Positions 42,187-52,543 are shown, counted from the first letter of the stretch. The stretch: 64,000 nt of DNA from Verrucomicrobiales bacterium (GCA_020845805.1 JADLFD010000186.1:16034-80033), one strand, 5' to 3'. Numbers and translations are program-made. Notes: generated from the sequence alone by a model not told the origin.

Positions 42187-43431
42187 TCAGCGGACGGAGC
42201 GCGCGGCGGGACGTCGTTCCACGCAGTGTTGCAGGAGGGCTTCCAGCGCCGTGAGGTGGGGTTCGCGCTCGAAGCGCGCAGCCACCGTGGCGCCTCCCGC
42301 GGAGAGTTGTCGGTAGTGTTGAGGGTCGGCGAGGACATGCTGCAGCGCGGTGGCCAGGCCGTCGACGGAGACCGGGGCACCCGAGGCCAGGTGACCGTTC
42401 ACGCCGTCCACCAGCCATTCGCGCACTCCGCCCACGTCGAACGCGGCGATGGGAAGTCCGTAGGAGGACGCCTCGGGGCCGATCATGCCGAAGGGTTCCG
42501 GCCACGCGCTGGGCACCGCCAGCACGTCGGAGTCAAGGAAGGCCTCGGTCCGCCGAGGGGCGTCGAGCCATCCGGGAAAAGCGATGCGCACCTCGGGGTG
42601 ATCCCGCTGCACCGCCGCGGCACGGGCCTTCCAGGCGGTGAACTGCGGTCCCTCCCCGGCCAGGGTGGCCTGGATCGGGCGCTGCAGCGCGCGGGCGAGC
42701 GAAGGCAGCGCGTCGAGCAGAAGCTGTCCGCCCTTCACCGTTTCAAAGCGGCCGAGGAACAGGATGCGCAGGGCGCCCTCGCGGCGCAGGGTCCGGGGCG
42801 GCAGCGGGGCACCACGGCGGAGTCCGGGCACCCAGAAGGGAACGACCTTCACCCGGTCGGGTTCGAATCCGTGCCGCAGATACTCGTCGCGCACGTATTG
42901 CGAGTGGGTGGCGACGAGCTGGGCCTGGCGCAACCGGGCCTGCACCGCGCGCTGCTCATGGAACAGCCGCCAGCCAACCAGCGGGTTTCGTCCGCCGCAC
43001 CGATGGGGCAGGTAGTGGAGGAGACAGGACCAGCCGAGCACGCGCTGGCAGGGTTGCGGCGGTTCCGGTGAGTTCCAGCACTTGGCTCCGCTGATGCAGA
43101 CGCCGAGGTAGCTGTGCGCGAAGTAGAGCGAAGGCCATTCCTGGAGCAGCGTGGAGAAGACGAAGTCGTCCACGGGTTGGTGCGCGAACACCAGATCGGG
43201 GCGCCACGCGCGAACGCCCTCGATCGCGAGTTGCGCGGAGGTGGAAGGAGCTTCGAGGCACCACCGCGTCGTGACGGCGGGAACCAGCGACTGGGATTCC
43301 GCGGGGATGGCGTGCTGGTGGAGGAAGGCCACCGAGTGCCCGCGTTCGGCCAGCGCGGGGGCCAGGGCCTGGAGGTAGATCTCGATGCCGCCGATGCGAT
43401 GGCCGAAGGGGTTGACCAGCAGGACGCGCAT
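42187..43431 (-). CDS. Glycosyltransferase family 4 (GT-B)
   Basis: MRVLLVNPFGHRIGGIEIYL N-terminus. C-terminal EPFGMIGPEASSYGLPIAAFDVGGVREW (E-x7-E region). Confidence 0.8.
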   Translation of the reverse strand: MRVLLVNPFGHRIGGIEIYLQALAPALAERGHSVAFLHQHAIPAESQSLVPAVTTRWCLEAPSTSAQLAIEGVRAWRPDLVFAHQPVDDFVFSTLLQEWPSLYFAHSYLGVCISGAKCWNSPEPPQPCQRVLGWSCLLHYLPHRCGGRNPLVGWRLFHEQRAVQARLRQAQLVATHSQYVRDEYLRHGFEPDRVKVVPFWVPGLRRGAPLPPRTLRREGALRILFLGRFETVKGGQLLLDALPSLARALQRPIQATLAGEGPQFTAWKARAAAVQRDHPEVRIAFPGWLDAPRRTEAFLDSDVLAVPSAWPEPFGMIGPEASSYGLPIAAFDVGGVREWLVDGVNGHLASGAPVSVDGLATALQHVLADPQHYRQLSAGGATVAARFEREPHLTALEALLQHCVERRPAARSVR

Positions 43432-43587
43432 GGGAGAGCAGGCGGACAATCGTCAGGTCGATCGTGTCTGCGCGTGGATCGTGGAGGAACGAAACCGCCC
43501 CGGCGAGCGTGGTTTCTCGCGGGGCGGGATCGGGGATCGGGGACGCCGTGGGAACCAGGATTCCGGCGGCGTCCTCCGGGGAAGGGA

Positions 43588-44691
43588 TCAGAGCTGGCTG
43601 GCGATGAGATCGCCGAGCTGCGTGGTGCCCATGCCCATCTTGCCGGCGGCGAGGGACTGGACCTTCTCGTTGATGATGCGGACGACGCAGGATTCGATGG
43701 CCTCGCCGGCCTTCGTCTCCCCGAGGAAATCGAGCATCATGCCCGCGGCGTTGATCGCGGCGATGGGGTTGATCACGTTCTGCCCGGTGTACTTCGGCGC
43801 GCTGCCGCCCATGGGCTCGAACATCGACGTGCCTTCGGGGTTGATGTTGCCGCCCGCGGCCACGCCCAGTCCGCCCTGAATCATGGCGGCGAGATCGGTG
43901 ATGATGTCGCCGAACATGTTGTCGGTGACGATCACGTCGAACCACTCCGGGTTCTTCACGAACCACATGCAGATGGCGTCGACGTGTGCGTAATCGGTCT
44001 TCACCGACTTGTATGACGGCGCCATGTCCTGGAAGCCACGCCACCACAGATCGAAGGCGTAGGTCAGGACGTTGGTCTTGCCGCAGAGCGTAAGTTGCGC
44101 GGTCTTGCCCGCGGCGGTGTCCTCGGCCTTGAGGCCCTTCCAGGCCTTGCCCGCGCGACGCTTCTCCGCGGCTTCAAAGGCGTACTTGAGGCAGCGGTCC
44201 ACACCGCGACGCGTGTTGATGGATTCCTGGATGGCCACCTCGTGCGGCGTGCCCTTGAAGAGATTGCCGCCCGCGCCCGCATACAGGCCTTCGTTGTTCT
44301 CGCGAACGACGAGGAAGTCGACGTGCTCGGGACCCTTGTCCTTGATGGGACAGTCCTGCGTGCGGTAGAGGCGCACCGGACGGAGATTGATGTACTGTTC
44401 CAGTTCGAAACGGAGGCGGAGCAGGATGCCCTTCTCCAGAATGCCCGGCTTCACCTGCGGATGCCCGACCGCGCCAAGGTACATGGCCTTGAACTTGCGG
44501 AACTCGCCGATCGCGGAGTCAGGCAGAACCTCGCCTGTCTTGAGGTAGCGGTCTCCGCCGAAGTCGTAGGAGTGCCAGTTGAGTTTGAATCCAAACTTCC
44601 GGCCGGCGGCGTCGGCGACCTTGAGGGCTTCACGAGTGACCTCGGGGCCGGTGCCGTCGCCGGGGATGACTGCGATATCGTAACTCTTCAT
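43588..44691 (-). CDS. Isopropylmalate/tartrate dehydrogenase family protein (LeuB/TtuC-like)
   Basis: [36 protein letters not shown] and GGSAPKYTG motifs of beta-decarboxylating dehydrogenases. Confidence 0.85.
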   Translation of the reverse strand: MKSYDIAVIPGDGTGPEVTREALKVADAAGRKFGFKLNWHSYDFGGDRYLKTGEVLPDSAIGEFRKFKAMYLGAVGHPQVKPGILEKGILLRLRFELEQYINLRPVRLYRTQDCPIKDKGPEHVDFLVVRENNEGLYAGAGGNLFKGTPHEVAIQESINTRRGVDRCLKYAFEAAEKRRAGKAWKGLKAEDTAAGKTAQLTLCGKTNVLTYAFDLWWRGFQDMAPSYKSVKTDYAHVDAICMWFVKNPEWFDVIVTDNMFGDIITDLAAMIQGGLGVAAGGNINPEGTSMFEPMGGSAPKYTGQNVINPIAAINAAGMMLDFLGETKAGEAIESCVVRIINEKVQSLAAGKMGMGTTQLGDLIASQL

Positions 44692-44861
44692 GCGATTGCG
44701 GACTGCTTGCTACGTGTCGTTCCCGGGATGCGGGACCGGCAGGCTACCGGCCGAGGCCGCGCTGGCAACAGCGCGTTTTCGTGGGCCTGGCCTCCCCAGG
44801 GACCTCTGCGGCATCAGGATTGCCGCGCCGTGCCGTCGTCGGGCAGGTTCCCCGCCATCCC

Positions 44862-46283
44862 ATGAAAACCTGCCTTCTTCCGCCCGCGGCTCGGCGACGA
44901 TGCGTGGATGTCGTGGCCTGGTGGGGCGTCGCACTCCTGTGGTGGGGAAGTGGGCCGTTGCCGGCCAGCGCGGGGACCGCCCCCGCTCGCGTCACCGTGG
45001 AGGTCGAGGAGACCGTGTACCGGTTCGAGCCAGCCAACAATGGCGCCGGACCGATGTGGTGCGCGGGATCCACCTGCGTGGTGCGCGTGGGAGATGTGGT
45101 GTACGCCAGCGGACTGGAAACCGTGCCGGGGTGGAAACCACTCAACAACTGCCGCTGGGTGTTGTGGCGGCGCGATGCGCAAGGCTGGGCGCGTTGGTAC
45201 GAGGATGAGCAGGGGCGGACACGCGAGCCCTCGCCCTTGGTGCGTGTGGGCTCCGACATTCTGCTCTCCGCCAACCCAACGACGCTCCCGCCGGAACGCG
45301 AAGGGGGCGGGCCCGCACGGCCGGAGATTCGGCGATGGATCGAAGGAGGCGGTGCCGTGCCCGAACGCGTTGCGCCCCGATGGCAGGGTGAACCGCGGTT
45401 CACGGAACATAGCTACCGCAGCTTCGCCGCCGACCCGCGGTCAGGGACAACGTTGCTCCTGCAGAACATCGACTACGGCCACGCGGAGTGGAGTTTCACG
45501 GATCCCCGTCGGGGCGCGACGGGGGCGGGGCAGTTGCGCTGGCCCTGGGGCGACACCTACGCCAAACCCCAGCCAGTGCGCCTCTGCTATCCCACGGTGG
45601 CCTTGCGCGGACGCGAGGCGCACTTCTTTGGCGTCAGCGACATCACGGAGCCCAACCCGGCCTTTCGCGAGTTCAAGCGCCAGCTGACCGGACGCGAATG
45701 GGACTACGATTTCCGGCGCCTGTTTTATGCTGTGACCCCGGATATCACGCGCCAACCGTTCTCGCCCTGGATCGAGATCGCCAGCCGCGAGGAAACATGC
45801 GGATGGCTGTGGCCTTGCGATCTCGCGCTCGTGCGCCGGGGGGAGACATGGCTGTTGTGGACCGAACGCGCCCTCGACGAACGGCTGCGCGAGCGCTTCT
45901 TTCCCGAGGCACGCCAGTGGCACGGGTTGGTGCTGGCGCGAATGCGCGATGGGAAGGTCATCTCACGCACCGCGCTGCGTCAGCGTGCCGAGGGCGCCGA
46001 AGGCCCCCTCGTCAACGCCGCGCGATTTCACCAGGGTCCCGACCGCCGTTGGCATGTGCTGCTGTGCTCCAGCGAAGGAGGGAAGATACGCAATGAGCTC
46101 GTGGAATTGGACCGGGAGGGGAAGGAAGTGCGCACGCTGCCCGTGCCCTTTGACACGCCTTTCACGAGCTTCTTCACGGCCACCCCGCGCGCGGGCAACC
46201 AGGCGTCCGAATACGTCGATGTCCTGGGCTTGCCGCAGGGCGACGGACAAGTCATTCGCTACGCCCGACTGAGGCTGCGTTGA
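44862..46283 (+). CDS. Hypothetical exported protein
   Basis: 473-aa ORF with an N-terminal hydrophobic segment (VVAWWGVALLWWGSGPLPASA). I recognise no family. Coding strand supported by the lack of a credible alternative. Confidence 0.55.
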   Translation: MKTCLLPPAARRRCVDVVAWWGVALLWWGSGPLPASAGTAPARVTVEVEETVYRFEPANNGAGPMWCAGSTCVVRVGDVVYASGLETVPGWKPLNNCRWVLWRRDAQGWARWYEDEQGRTREPSPLVRVGSDILLSANPTTLPPEREGGGPARPEIRRWIEGGGAVPERVAPRWQGEPRFTEHSYRSFAADPRSGTTLLLQNIDYGHAEWSFTDPRRGATGAGQLRWPWGDTYAKPQPVRLCYPTVALRGREAHFFGVSDITEPNPAFREFKRQLTGREWDYDFRRLFYAVTPDITRQPFSPWIEIASREETCGWLWPCDLALVRRGETWLLWTERALDERLRERFFPEARQWHGLVLARMRDGKVISRTALRQRAEGAEGPLVNAARFHQGPDRRWHVLLCSSEGGKIRNELVELDREGKEVRTLPVPFDTPFTSFFTATPRAGNQASEYVDVLGLPQGDGQVIRYARLRLR

Positions 46284-46329
46284 ACCCGGGGACTGGCCTC
46301 CACGGCGCTGGCGGGATACGCTGCCCGCC

Positions 46330-47139
46330 GTGTCGGTTGTCGACGAACACCCTCAGGCTCCGCGCGCTTGCCCCGCGGAGGGCCAGCGCCACGCGGAGGC
46401 GCGCCTTGCTGCGGCCGCCGCCGGCCTCGGGGGCGTCGGCCTGTTGCTGAGCGTGGTCCTGATCGGGGTGGTGCCCGCCGCGGCCGGGCTCGCGGTGGCG
46501 GGCTGGTATTTGTTCCGTCGCCGCGCATTACGCGGGCTGGCGTGGGCGGGGTGGTGGTTGTCCGCGGCCGCCCTGGTCGCCTCCGCGGGCTTTGCCATCG
46601 CGTTCCTCGAGGGCGTCCACCCGCTCCAGTTCCTCATGACCACAGTCTCCGACACCGCCACACGGAATGATCCTGTACGGGACTGGGAGGGGCGGCCCGC
46701 GCCGGAGATCGAGTTCACCGCGCGGGACGGGACCAGGTTCCGTTTGTCGGAACTGCGTGGCCGCCGCGTCATCCTCGATTTCTGGGCCACCTGGTGTCCG
46801 CCTTGCGTGCGCGAGATCCCGCACTTTCAGCAGCTCTCAGACGAGAATTCCCCCACGGACCTGCTGGTGGTGGGGGTGACTTCCGAGAGCGACAGTGTGC
46901 TTGGCCCGTTTGTCGCAGCTCACCGGATGCGCTATCCGGTGGTCAGTGCGGATCTCGCCACCTGGCCCGAGCCCTTCTCGCTCGTGACCGCGTTGCCCAC
47001 CACCATCTTCATAGACCGCACGGGCGTGATCCGGCGCGTCGCGGTGGGCTACCATGATCTGGCGGCACTGCGTGAATTTGCGGCGGCGCTGGAAGATCGG
47101 AGCCACGAGCCGAACGGGAAGCCGAGGCCAGCGCCATGA
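46330..47139 (+). CDS. Membrane-anchored TlpA/ResA-like thiol-disulfide oxidoreductase
   Basis: Hydrophobic N-terminal helices, then VILDFWATWCPPCVREIPHF thioredoxin-fold motif. GTG start. Confidence 0.8.
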   Translation: MSVVDEHPQAPRACPAEGQRHAEARLAAAAAGLGGVGLLLSVVLIGVVPAAAGLAVAGWYLFRRRALRGLAWAGWWLSAAALVASAGFAIAFLEGVHPLQFLMTTVSDTATRNDPVRDWEGRPAPEIEFTARDGTRFRLSELRGRRVILDFWATWCPPCVREIPHFQQLSDENSPTDLLVVGVTSESDSVLGPFVAAHRMRYPVVSADLATWPEPFSLVTALPTTIFIDRTGVIRRVAVGYHDLAALREFAAALEDRSHEPNGKPRPAP

Positions 47140-48275
47140 GGTCGGCTTCGATCGGATCCGCGCGTCGGTTGCGCTTCCTCATGCTCAACTGGCGGGACCC
47201 CGAGAATCCCCTGGCGGGGGGCGCTGAGCGCGTCTCGCTGGCGTTTATGCGAGGGTTGGTGGAAAGGGGGCACACGGTGGATTGGTTCACCTACGCGTTT
47301 CCGGGTGGCGCGACGGAAGTTGTGCGCGATGGAATTCGCTACCGGCGTGAAGGCGGAATGAAATCCGCGGCCTGGCGGGCGCGCTGTTGGGCGCTGCGTC
47401 AGCCCCGGTATGACTTGGTGATCGACCAGCACCATGGGTTGCCTTGGTTTGCCCCGTGGTGGTGCGGCACCCGGTGCCTGGCCTACATCCATGAGGTGCT
47501 GGGGCCCATCTGGGGTTCGTTTTACCGGTGGCCGGTCAGCACCTTCGGACGCTGGCAGGAACGCTGGACCCATCGCCTGTACCACCGGGTGCCGTTCTGG
47601 GTGCCCTCGGAGTCAACGAGCCATTCGCTGATGCGCCATGGGGTTCGCGACGTCCACGTGCTCCCCAACGGTGTCGATGTGGAGCCGCTCGAGGAACTGC
47701 CCGACAAAAGCGTTGGGAATTCGGTTCGCTTGATCGCCGTCTCGCGTCTGGCCCCCAACAAGCGGGTGGATCACGCGATACGGGCCGTCGCCTTGCTGCG
47801 GGCTCGCCAAGTGCCGGTGGAGTTGACCGTGGTGGGGGAAGGCATGGTTTCCGGTGCGCTCCGCCAACTGGCCGCCGACCTGGGGGTGGTGGAGTCCGTC
47901 CGCTTCGTAGGATACCAAGCCGAGCCCGCCAAACTGGAGCGGTTGCGCGAAAGCCATCTTCTGGTGCACCCCTCCGTTCGCGAAGGCTGGGGACTGAACG
48001 TCATCGAGGCGAATGCCATGGGGACCCCGGCAGTCGTCTATCCTGTGGACGGCCTGGTGGACTCCACCGTCGACCGGGTCACGGGCTGCGTCACGGCGCG
48101 GGAGACCCCGGAAAGCCTGGTGGACGGAATCCAGTGGGCATTGGCCTCGGAGGGGCGGTACCGTGGCCTCCGGGAAGCAGCTTGGAAGCGGTCCCGGGAA
48201 TTCCGCTGGACCGCGGTGATTCCGCGCGTGTGCGGATTCCTGGAGGAGGTCGCTTGCGGACAGAAATTGGTTTGA
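47136..48275 (+). CDS. Glycosyltransferase family 4
   Basis: LRFLMLNWRDPENPLAGGAE N-terminus. C-terminal EGWGLNVIEANAMGTPAVVYPVDGLVDS. ATGA overlap with the upstream redoxin gene. Confidence 0.85.
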   Translation: MRSASIGSARRLRFLMLNWRDPENPLAGGAERVSLAFMRGLVERGHTVDWFTYAFPGGATEVVRDGIRYRREGGMKSAAWRARCWALRQPRYDLVIDQHHGLPWFAPWWCGTRCLAYIHEVLGPIWGSFYRWPVSTFGRWQERWTHRLYHRVPFWVPSESTSHSLMRHGVRDVHVLPNGVDVEPLEELPDKSVGNSVRLIAVSRLAPNKRVDHAIRAVALLRARQVPVELTVVGEGMVSGALRQLAADLGVVESVRFVGYQAEPAKLERLRESHLLVHPSVREGWGLNVIEANAMGTPAVVYPVDGLVDSTVDRVTGCVTARETPESLVDGIQWALASEGRYRGLREAAWKRSREFRWTAVIPRVCGFLEEVACGQKLV

Positions 48276-48300
48276 CACTCCGATGTTGGAAGCTTAGAGA
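48272..48300 (+). promoter_or_regulatory. Candidate sigma70-type promoter for the OM-barrel gene
   Basis: Perfect -35 TTGACA (48272-48277), 17-nt spacer, weak -10 TAGAGA (48295-48300), in a locally AT-richer 80-bp gap. The -10 lacks the final T. Confidence 0.2.
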
Positions 48301-48355
48301 AAGGACACTTTTCAGCGACTCGAACGCGGGTTAACTGACAAGGATCCAGCCATTT

Positions 48356-49609
48356 ATGAAGAACATCCTTACGACTGCGGGTTTGGCGGCGGTGGCCGTC
48401 GCTGGTTTTCAGAGCACCTGCGCAGCGCAGGCCGTCACCGTCGACGACTCGAAGTGGTGGCAGGTCAGTGCAGCGCTGAGGGGTTTTTACGACGATAATT
48501 ATCTCACCGCTCCCGAGGAGTTGGCGCAGGAGAGCCTCGGTTTTGAGGTGCGTCCTGGTGTCACTGTCGGACACAAGGGCGAGCAGCACCTGATCAAGCT
48601 GTCGACCACCTATTCAGCCCGCTGGTTCGAGGACCGCGAGGATGAAGAGTGGGATCACAGCTTGCTGGTGGATCTGGCTGGTGAGTATCAGGTGACCGAG
48701 AATCACGTTCTCCGCCTCAACGATACGTTCACGTACGCGAGCGAAGGCGCTTTGCTGGATCAGAACGGCGTCATCACGACTCCGATTCGCTCCGACAACT
48801 CAAATCTGCGAAATCTGGCGGACCTCAAGTACGTCGGGCAGTTGACCCGCCTGATCGGTCTTGAGCTCGGCTACCAGAACACCATTTACGATTACGATCA
48901 GGAGGGCGTGGGCAGCTACTCCGCGATCCTGGATCGCACCGAGCACCTGCTCCGTGGCGAGACGCGCTGGACGATCACGCCGACGCTGGCGGGCATCCTG
49001 GGATACTGGTACGAGATGGTGAACTTCTCCGGTGATGAGTTCATCGGCGCGTTCAACCCGAGCAAATCCGACATCCGTGACAGCTCCTCGCACTTCTTTG
49101 TGGCGGGTGCTGACTACACGGTGTCTCCGCACTGCTTCGTCTCCATCCGTGGCGGCGCCCAGAATGTCACCTACGACAATCTGGCTGGCGAACCCGACGA
49201 GTGGAACGGCTTCGGCGACGTGAACGCCACGTTTGAGTACGCCGAAGACAGCTACTTCCGCCTGGGTGGCAAGTACGGCCGTAACCGCACCGATCTGGTG
49301 GGTTACATCAACTCGGGCAACCTGACGCTCGACCAGGAAACGGTCACCATTTATGGCATGGTCAATCACAAGTTGACTGAAGCCCTTACGGCCCGCGCCT
49401 CCGGTCAGGTCCAGTTCGGCACGTTCAACGGTGGTGGGTACGACGACCAGGCGGAAGGCTTGTACGTCCTCGGGCTCACCCTGTCCTACGAACTCAACCA
49501 GTATCTCGCGCTCGAAGGCGGCTACAATTACGACCGGCTGGACTCGGACGATGCCCAGCGCACCTACAGCCGCAACCGGGTCTTCCTCGGTGTCCGTGGC
49601 CAGTTCTGA
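48356..49609 (+). CDS. Outer-membrane beta-barrel protein of the polysaccharide export locus
   Basis: Signal peptide MKNILTTAGLAAVAVAGFQSTCAAQA, alternating-hydrophobicity strands rich in Y/G/N/D/T, C-terminal ...VFLGVRGQF (terminal Phe). Confidence 0.7.
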   Translation: MKNILTTAGLAAVAVAGFQSTCAAQAVTVDDSKWWQVSAALRGFYDDNYLTAPEELAQESLGFEVRPGVTVGHKGEQHLIKLSTTYSARWFEDREDEEWDHSLLVDLAGEYQVTENHVLRLNDTFTYASEGALLDQNGVITTPIRSDNSNLRNLADLKYVGQLTRLIGLELGYQNTIYDYDQEGVGSYSAILDRTEHLLRGETRWTITPTLAGILGYWYEMVNFSGDEFIGAFNPSKSDIRDSSSHFFVAGADYTVSPHCFVSIRGGAQNVTYDNLAGEPDEWNGFGDVNATFEYAEDSYFRLGGKYGRNRTDLVGYINSGNLTLDQETVTIYGMVNHKLTEALTARASGQVQFGTFNGGGYDDQAEGLYVLGLTLSYELNQYLALEGGYNYDRLDSDDAQRTYSRNRVFLGVRGQF

Positions 49610-49651
49610 ACCGATCCGGATCGGTCCTGCTGAATTTGACGTGTCGTCGGA

Positions 49652-49689
49652 GGGAGGCTGGATCTCACGTCTAGCCTCCCTTTTTCTTT
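49652..49689 (+). terminator. Strong terminator-like hairpin + T-tract directly abutting the BY-kinase start codon
   Basis: Stem GGGAGGCTGGA (49652-49662) / TCTAGCCTCCC (49670-49680; 11 bp including one G-U), 7-nt loop, then TTTTTCTTT (49681-49689), then ATG at 49690. Confidence 0.55.
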
Positions 49690-51867
49690 ATGGATAACTT
49701 CAAGGCCCCGGAGCCGACGGATTCCAAGCTCCATTTCCTCGACTACTGGCGGATTATCCGGATTCGGAAAACCGTCATTATCGCGGTCTTCCTCCTCGTC
49801 GTGATCACGACGACGGTGGTGACCTACATGCTGCCTGAGACCTTCATGAGCAGCACGAGGATCAAGGTGGAGAAGGATGCCTCGGATGTCGGTCTTATCG
49901 GGCAGATCACCGCTTCAGGGCCCCCGGACCCGTTCTTCCTTCAAACAGAGTTCGAAGTCATCCAGTCCAAGACGAATCTTTACCGGGTCATCAACGACTT
50001 GGATTTGAATCGTCGTTGGTCCAAGGAGTATCTCAGTCAGGGCACCCTCAAGAGCCCGGAAACGTTCGAGATCCTTCGCGATAAGATCGATGTACGTCAG
50101 TACCGCAACACGACGCTGATCGAGGTGCGCGTGTACAGCCGCAACAAGGCCGAAGCGGCCGAGATTGCCAACAAGATCGCGCAGGTCTACCGGGACGGCC
50201 GTATCAATGAGCGCGAGGACATGTCCAAGCGCGGCATCAGCCAAATCCGGGAGACCATCGAGACGCAGAAACGGAGAGTAGACGAACTCCAGGCGAGCCT
50301 GGACCTGCTGAAGGAGACGAACAACATCACGGACCTCATGATGGATGCCTACTCCCAGGGCACCCTCGAGGCGGATTTGGTTCGGCGCACGGATACGTTG
50401 AAGACGGGCACTCAGTCCCAGTTGGCGCGGGTGGAGTCGACCCTCGAGAGTCTCAAGAAGATGACCCCGGAACGGCTGCGCAACGCGCTGCCGACCATCA
50501 GCCCCGGTGAATCGTTGCTCATGGACCTGCTGCAGCGCGAGGCCGTCGCCAAGCAGGAATACCAGGTCAAACTGGAAACCCTTTCGAAAGATCACCCCGA
50601 TGTGATCGTCGTGACCAATATGATCCGGCTGTTGAACAGCCAGATCACCGATCGCGTCAACGCGATCCTTGATGGCTTGCAGACCCAGGTCGCGTCGTAC
50701 CGCACCGAGCTGGAGCAGTTGGAAGCCAAAGTGCGCCAGTTCAAGGAAGAGGACCAGCGTCGGGCGCGGGATTACCAACCTTACTTCCTGGCGAAACGCA
50801 AACTGGAGAATGAGAAGACGATGCTGGATCTCCTCAGCCGCAAGCTGGCGGCGGAGACTTTCGACAGCAACGTCGGCCGTACTTCGCTGGTCACAGTCAT
50901 CGACCCTGCGGAAGAGGGATTGAAGCCGGTCAAACCCAACATCCCGCTGAACATCGCTTTCGGTGTTCTCGTGGGTCTCGTGGTTGGTATCGGTCTGGCG
51001 TTCTTCATCGAGTATCTGGATACCTCGGTGAAGACCATCGACGACGTGGAACGCTCGCTTCAGGCGCCTGTGCTCGGCGTCATTCCGCAGAACGTGGGCT
51101 CACTCCTGGATGAAGGGCCGGAAAGTCCGCACGCCGAGGCGTACCGCGTGCTCCGCACCAATATTCTCTTCACCAGAAAGGACGAGACATTTAACACCAT
51201 CACGATTGTCTCGGGTGGTGCGGGTGAGGGTAAATCGACCACCCTGTTCAACCTAGCGGTCATCTTCGCGCAGAACGGAAGCCGGGTTCTCGTGGTCGAT
51301 TCCGACCTCCGTCGACCGAGCATGCACCGGTTTTTCAAGGTCTCGAACTCGCTCGGTCTGACTAATTATCTCCTGGGGCAGAACAAGCTCGAGGAAGTGA
51401 TTCAGTCCACGACGGCACTGAAGACCCTCGACTTTCTGCCCAGCGGCAAGCTGCCCAGCAGTTCGATGGGTATTTTGAGCTCCGCGCAGATGAAGGAGCT
51501 CATTGCCGAGGTCAAGCGTCGCTACGACTACGTGTTCTTCGACTCACCGCCGATCATGGGTGTGAGTGACGCGGTGGTGCTGGCCAGCGAGGTGGATATC
51601 TCGCTCCAGGTCATTCAGTACCGCAAGTATCCGCAGGCCATGACCATGCGCGCGAAGCAAATGGTCTCCAAGGTCGGCGGCTACCTGGTGGGTATCGTCC
51701 TCAACAACATCAACATGTCGCAGGACGAGAACTACTATTACTACAGCGGGTACTACTACGATTACTACCAGTCCCGCGAGAAGGACGAGGCTTCGACCGA
51801 CGAGGCGGAGCCGAAGAAGAACGGGTCCGGAGATCCCTCCCGGATCGATCTGAAGAAGAAATACTAG
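49690..51867 (+). CDS. Polysaccharide co-polymerase / tyrosine autokinase (Wzc/BY-kinase type)
   Basis: N-terminal Wzz-type chain-length domain (FLDYWRIIRIRK + TM), long coiled-coil, second TM. Walker A GGAGEGKST, A' VLVVDSDLRRP, B YDYVFFDSPP. C-terminal Tyr cluster ENYYYYSGYYYDYY. Confidence 0.9.
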   Translation: MDNFKAPEPTDSKLHFLDYWRIIRIRKTVIIAVFLLVVITTTVVTYMLPETFMSSTRIKVEKDASDVGLIGQITASGPPDPFFLQTEFEVIQSKTNLYRVINDLDLNRRWSKEYLSQGTLKSPETFEILRDKIDVRQYRNTTLIEVRVYSRNKAEAAEIANKIAQVYRDGRINEREDMSKRGISQIRETIETQKRRVDELQASLDLLKETNNITDLMMDAYSQGTLEADLVRRTDTLKTGTQSQLARVESTLESLKKMTPERLRNALPTISPGESLLMDLLQREAVAKQEYQVKLETLSKDHPDVIVVTNMIRLLNSQITDRVNAILDGLQTQVASYRTELEQLEAKVRQFKEEDQRRARDYQPYFLAKRKLENEKTMLDLLSRKLAAETFDSNVGRTSLVTVIDPAEEGLKPVKPNIPLNIAFGVLVGLVVGIGLAFFIEYLDTSVKTIDDVERSLQAPVLGVIPQNVGSLLDEGPESPHAEAYRVLRTNILFTRKDETFNTITIVSGGAGEGKSTTLFNLAVIFAQNGSRVLVVDSDLRRPSMHRFFKVSNSLGLTNYLLGQNKLEEVIQSTTALKTLDFLPSGKLPSSSMGILSSAQMKELIAEVKRRYDYVFFDSPPIMGVSDAVVLASEVDISLQVIQYRKYPQAMTMRAKQMVSKVGGYLVGIVLNNINMSQDENYYYYSGYYYDYYQSREKDEASTDEAEPKKNGSGDPSRIDLKKKY

Positions 51868-51884
51868 GCAATTCCTCGGCCACC

Positions 51885-52532
51885 ATGGTGCACACGTTCT
51901 TGAAAGGTTTGCGGCGACTGCCAGCTCTGGCAGCGGTCTGGATGGGTTTGGTGGTGATCGCCGCCGGCTGCGCCGGTGGTGGCGGCACCGGGCCTTCCGC
52001 TGGCGGAGCCAAGGCTGGCAGCGGGGCCACTGGCGCCCCAGCCCTGCAGGATACCTTGCGCATCGGCGACATGGTCGACGTGCGCTTCTCCGGGACCTCG
52101 GCGCCTCCGGAAGATGTGGCTGAGCGTATCAAGGAGGACGGGACCATCACGCTGCCGCTCGTGGGTGCGATCCGCGCGGATAACAAGACTTCCGGGGAGC
52201 TACAACGCATCATCCAGGAGAGTTTCGTTCCCAAGTACTACAAGCGACTCACCGTCACGGTGAAGACCGAGAACCGCGTCTTCTTCGTCGAAGGCGAGGT
52301 GCGCCGTCCTGATCGTTACATTTACACGGGCGAAATCACCGTGCTGAAGGCGGTCGCCACGGCGGGCGGGTTCTCGGATTTCGCCGCGCGCCGTCGAGTG
52401 GAGTTGATCCGCTCCACGGGAGAGCGTCTCATCATCGACGCCTCGCGCGCACGGGACAACGCCGAGGTGGATGCCACGGTGTACCCTGGAGATCGTATCT
52501 CCGTTCCGCGTCGCGGCGTGCTTGGTCGCTGA
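51885..52532 (+). CDS. Polysaccharide export lipoprotein (Wza-like: Poly_export + SLBB)
   Basis: Lipobox VIAAGCAGG. LRIGDMVDVRF...DGTITLPLVGAIRADNKTSGELQRII, then GEITVLKAVATAGGF. Confidence 0.85.
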   Translation: MVHTFLKGLRRLPALAAVWMGLVVIAAGCAGGGGTGPSAGGAKAGSGATGAPALQDTLRIGDMVDVRFSGTSAPPEDVAERIKEDGTITLPLVGAIRADNKTSGELQRIIQESFVPKYYKRLTVTVKTENRVFFVEGEVRRPDRYIYTGEITVLKAVATAGGFSDFAARRRVELIRSTGERLIIDASRARDNAEVDATVYPGDRISVPRRGVLGR

Positions 52533-52543
52533 GGCTCCGCCCC

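Noticed and set aside
42859-42870. GGGTTCGAATCC, a tRNA T-loop-like string
   Set aside because: The flanking bases do not form a T-stem (TCGGG versus CCGTG), no acceptor or anticodon arms can be drawn, and it lies inside the GT4 coding sequence.
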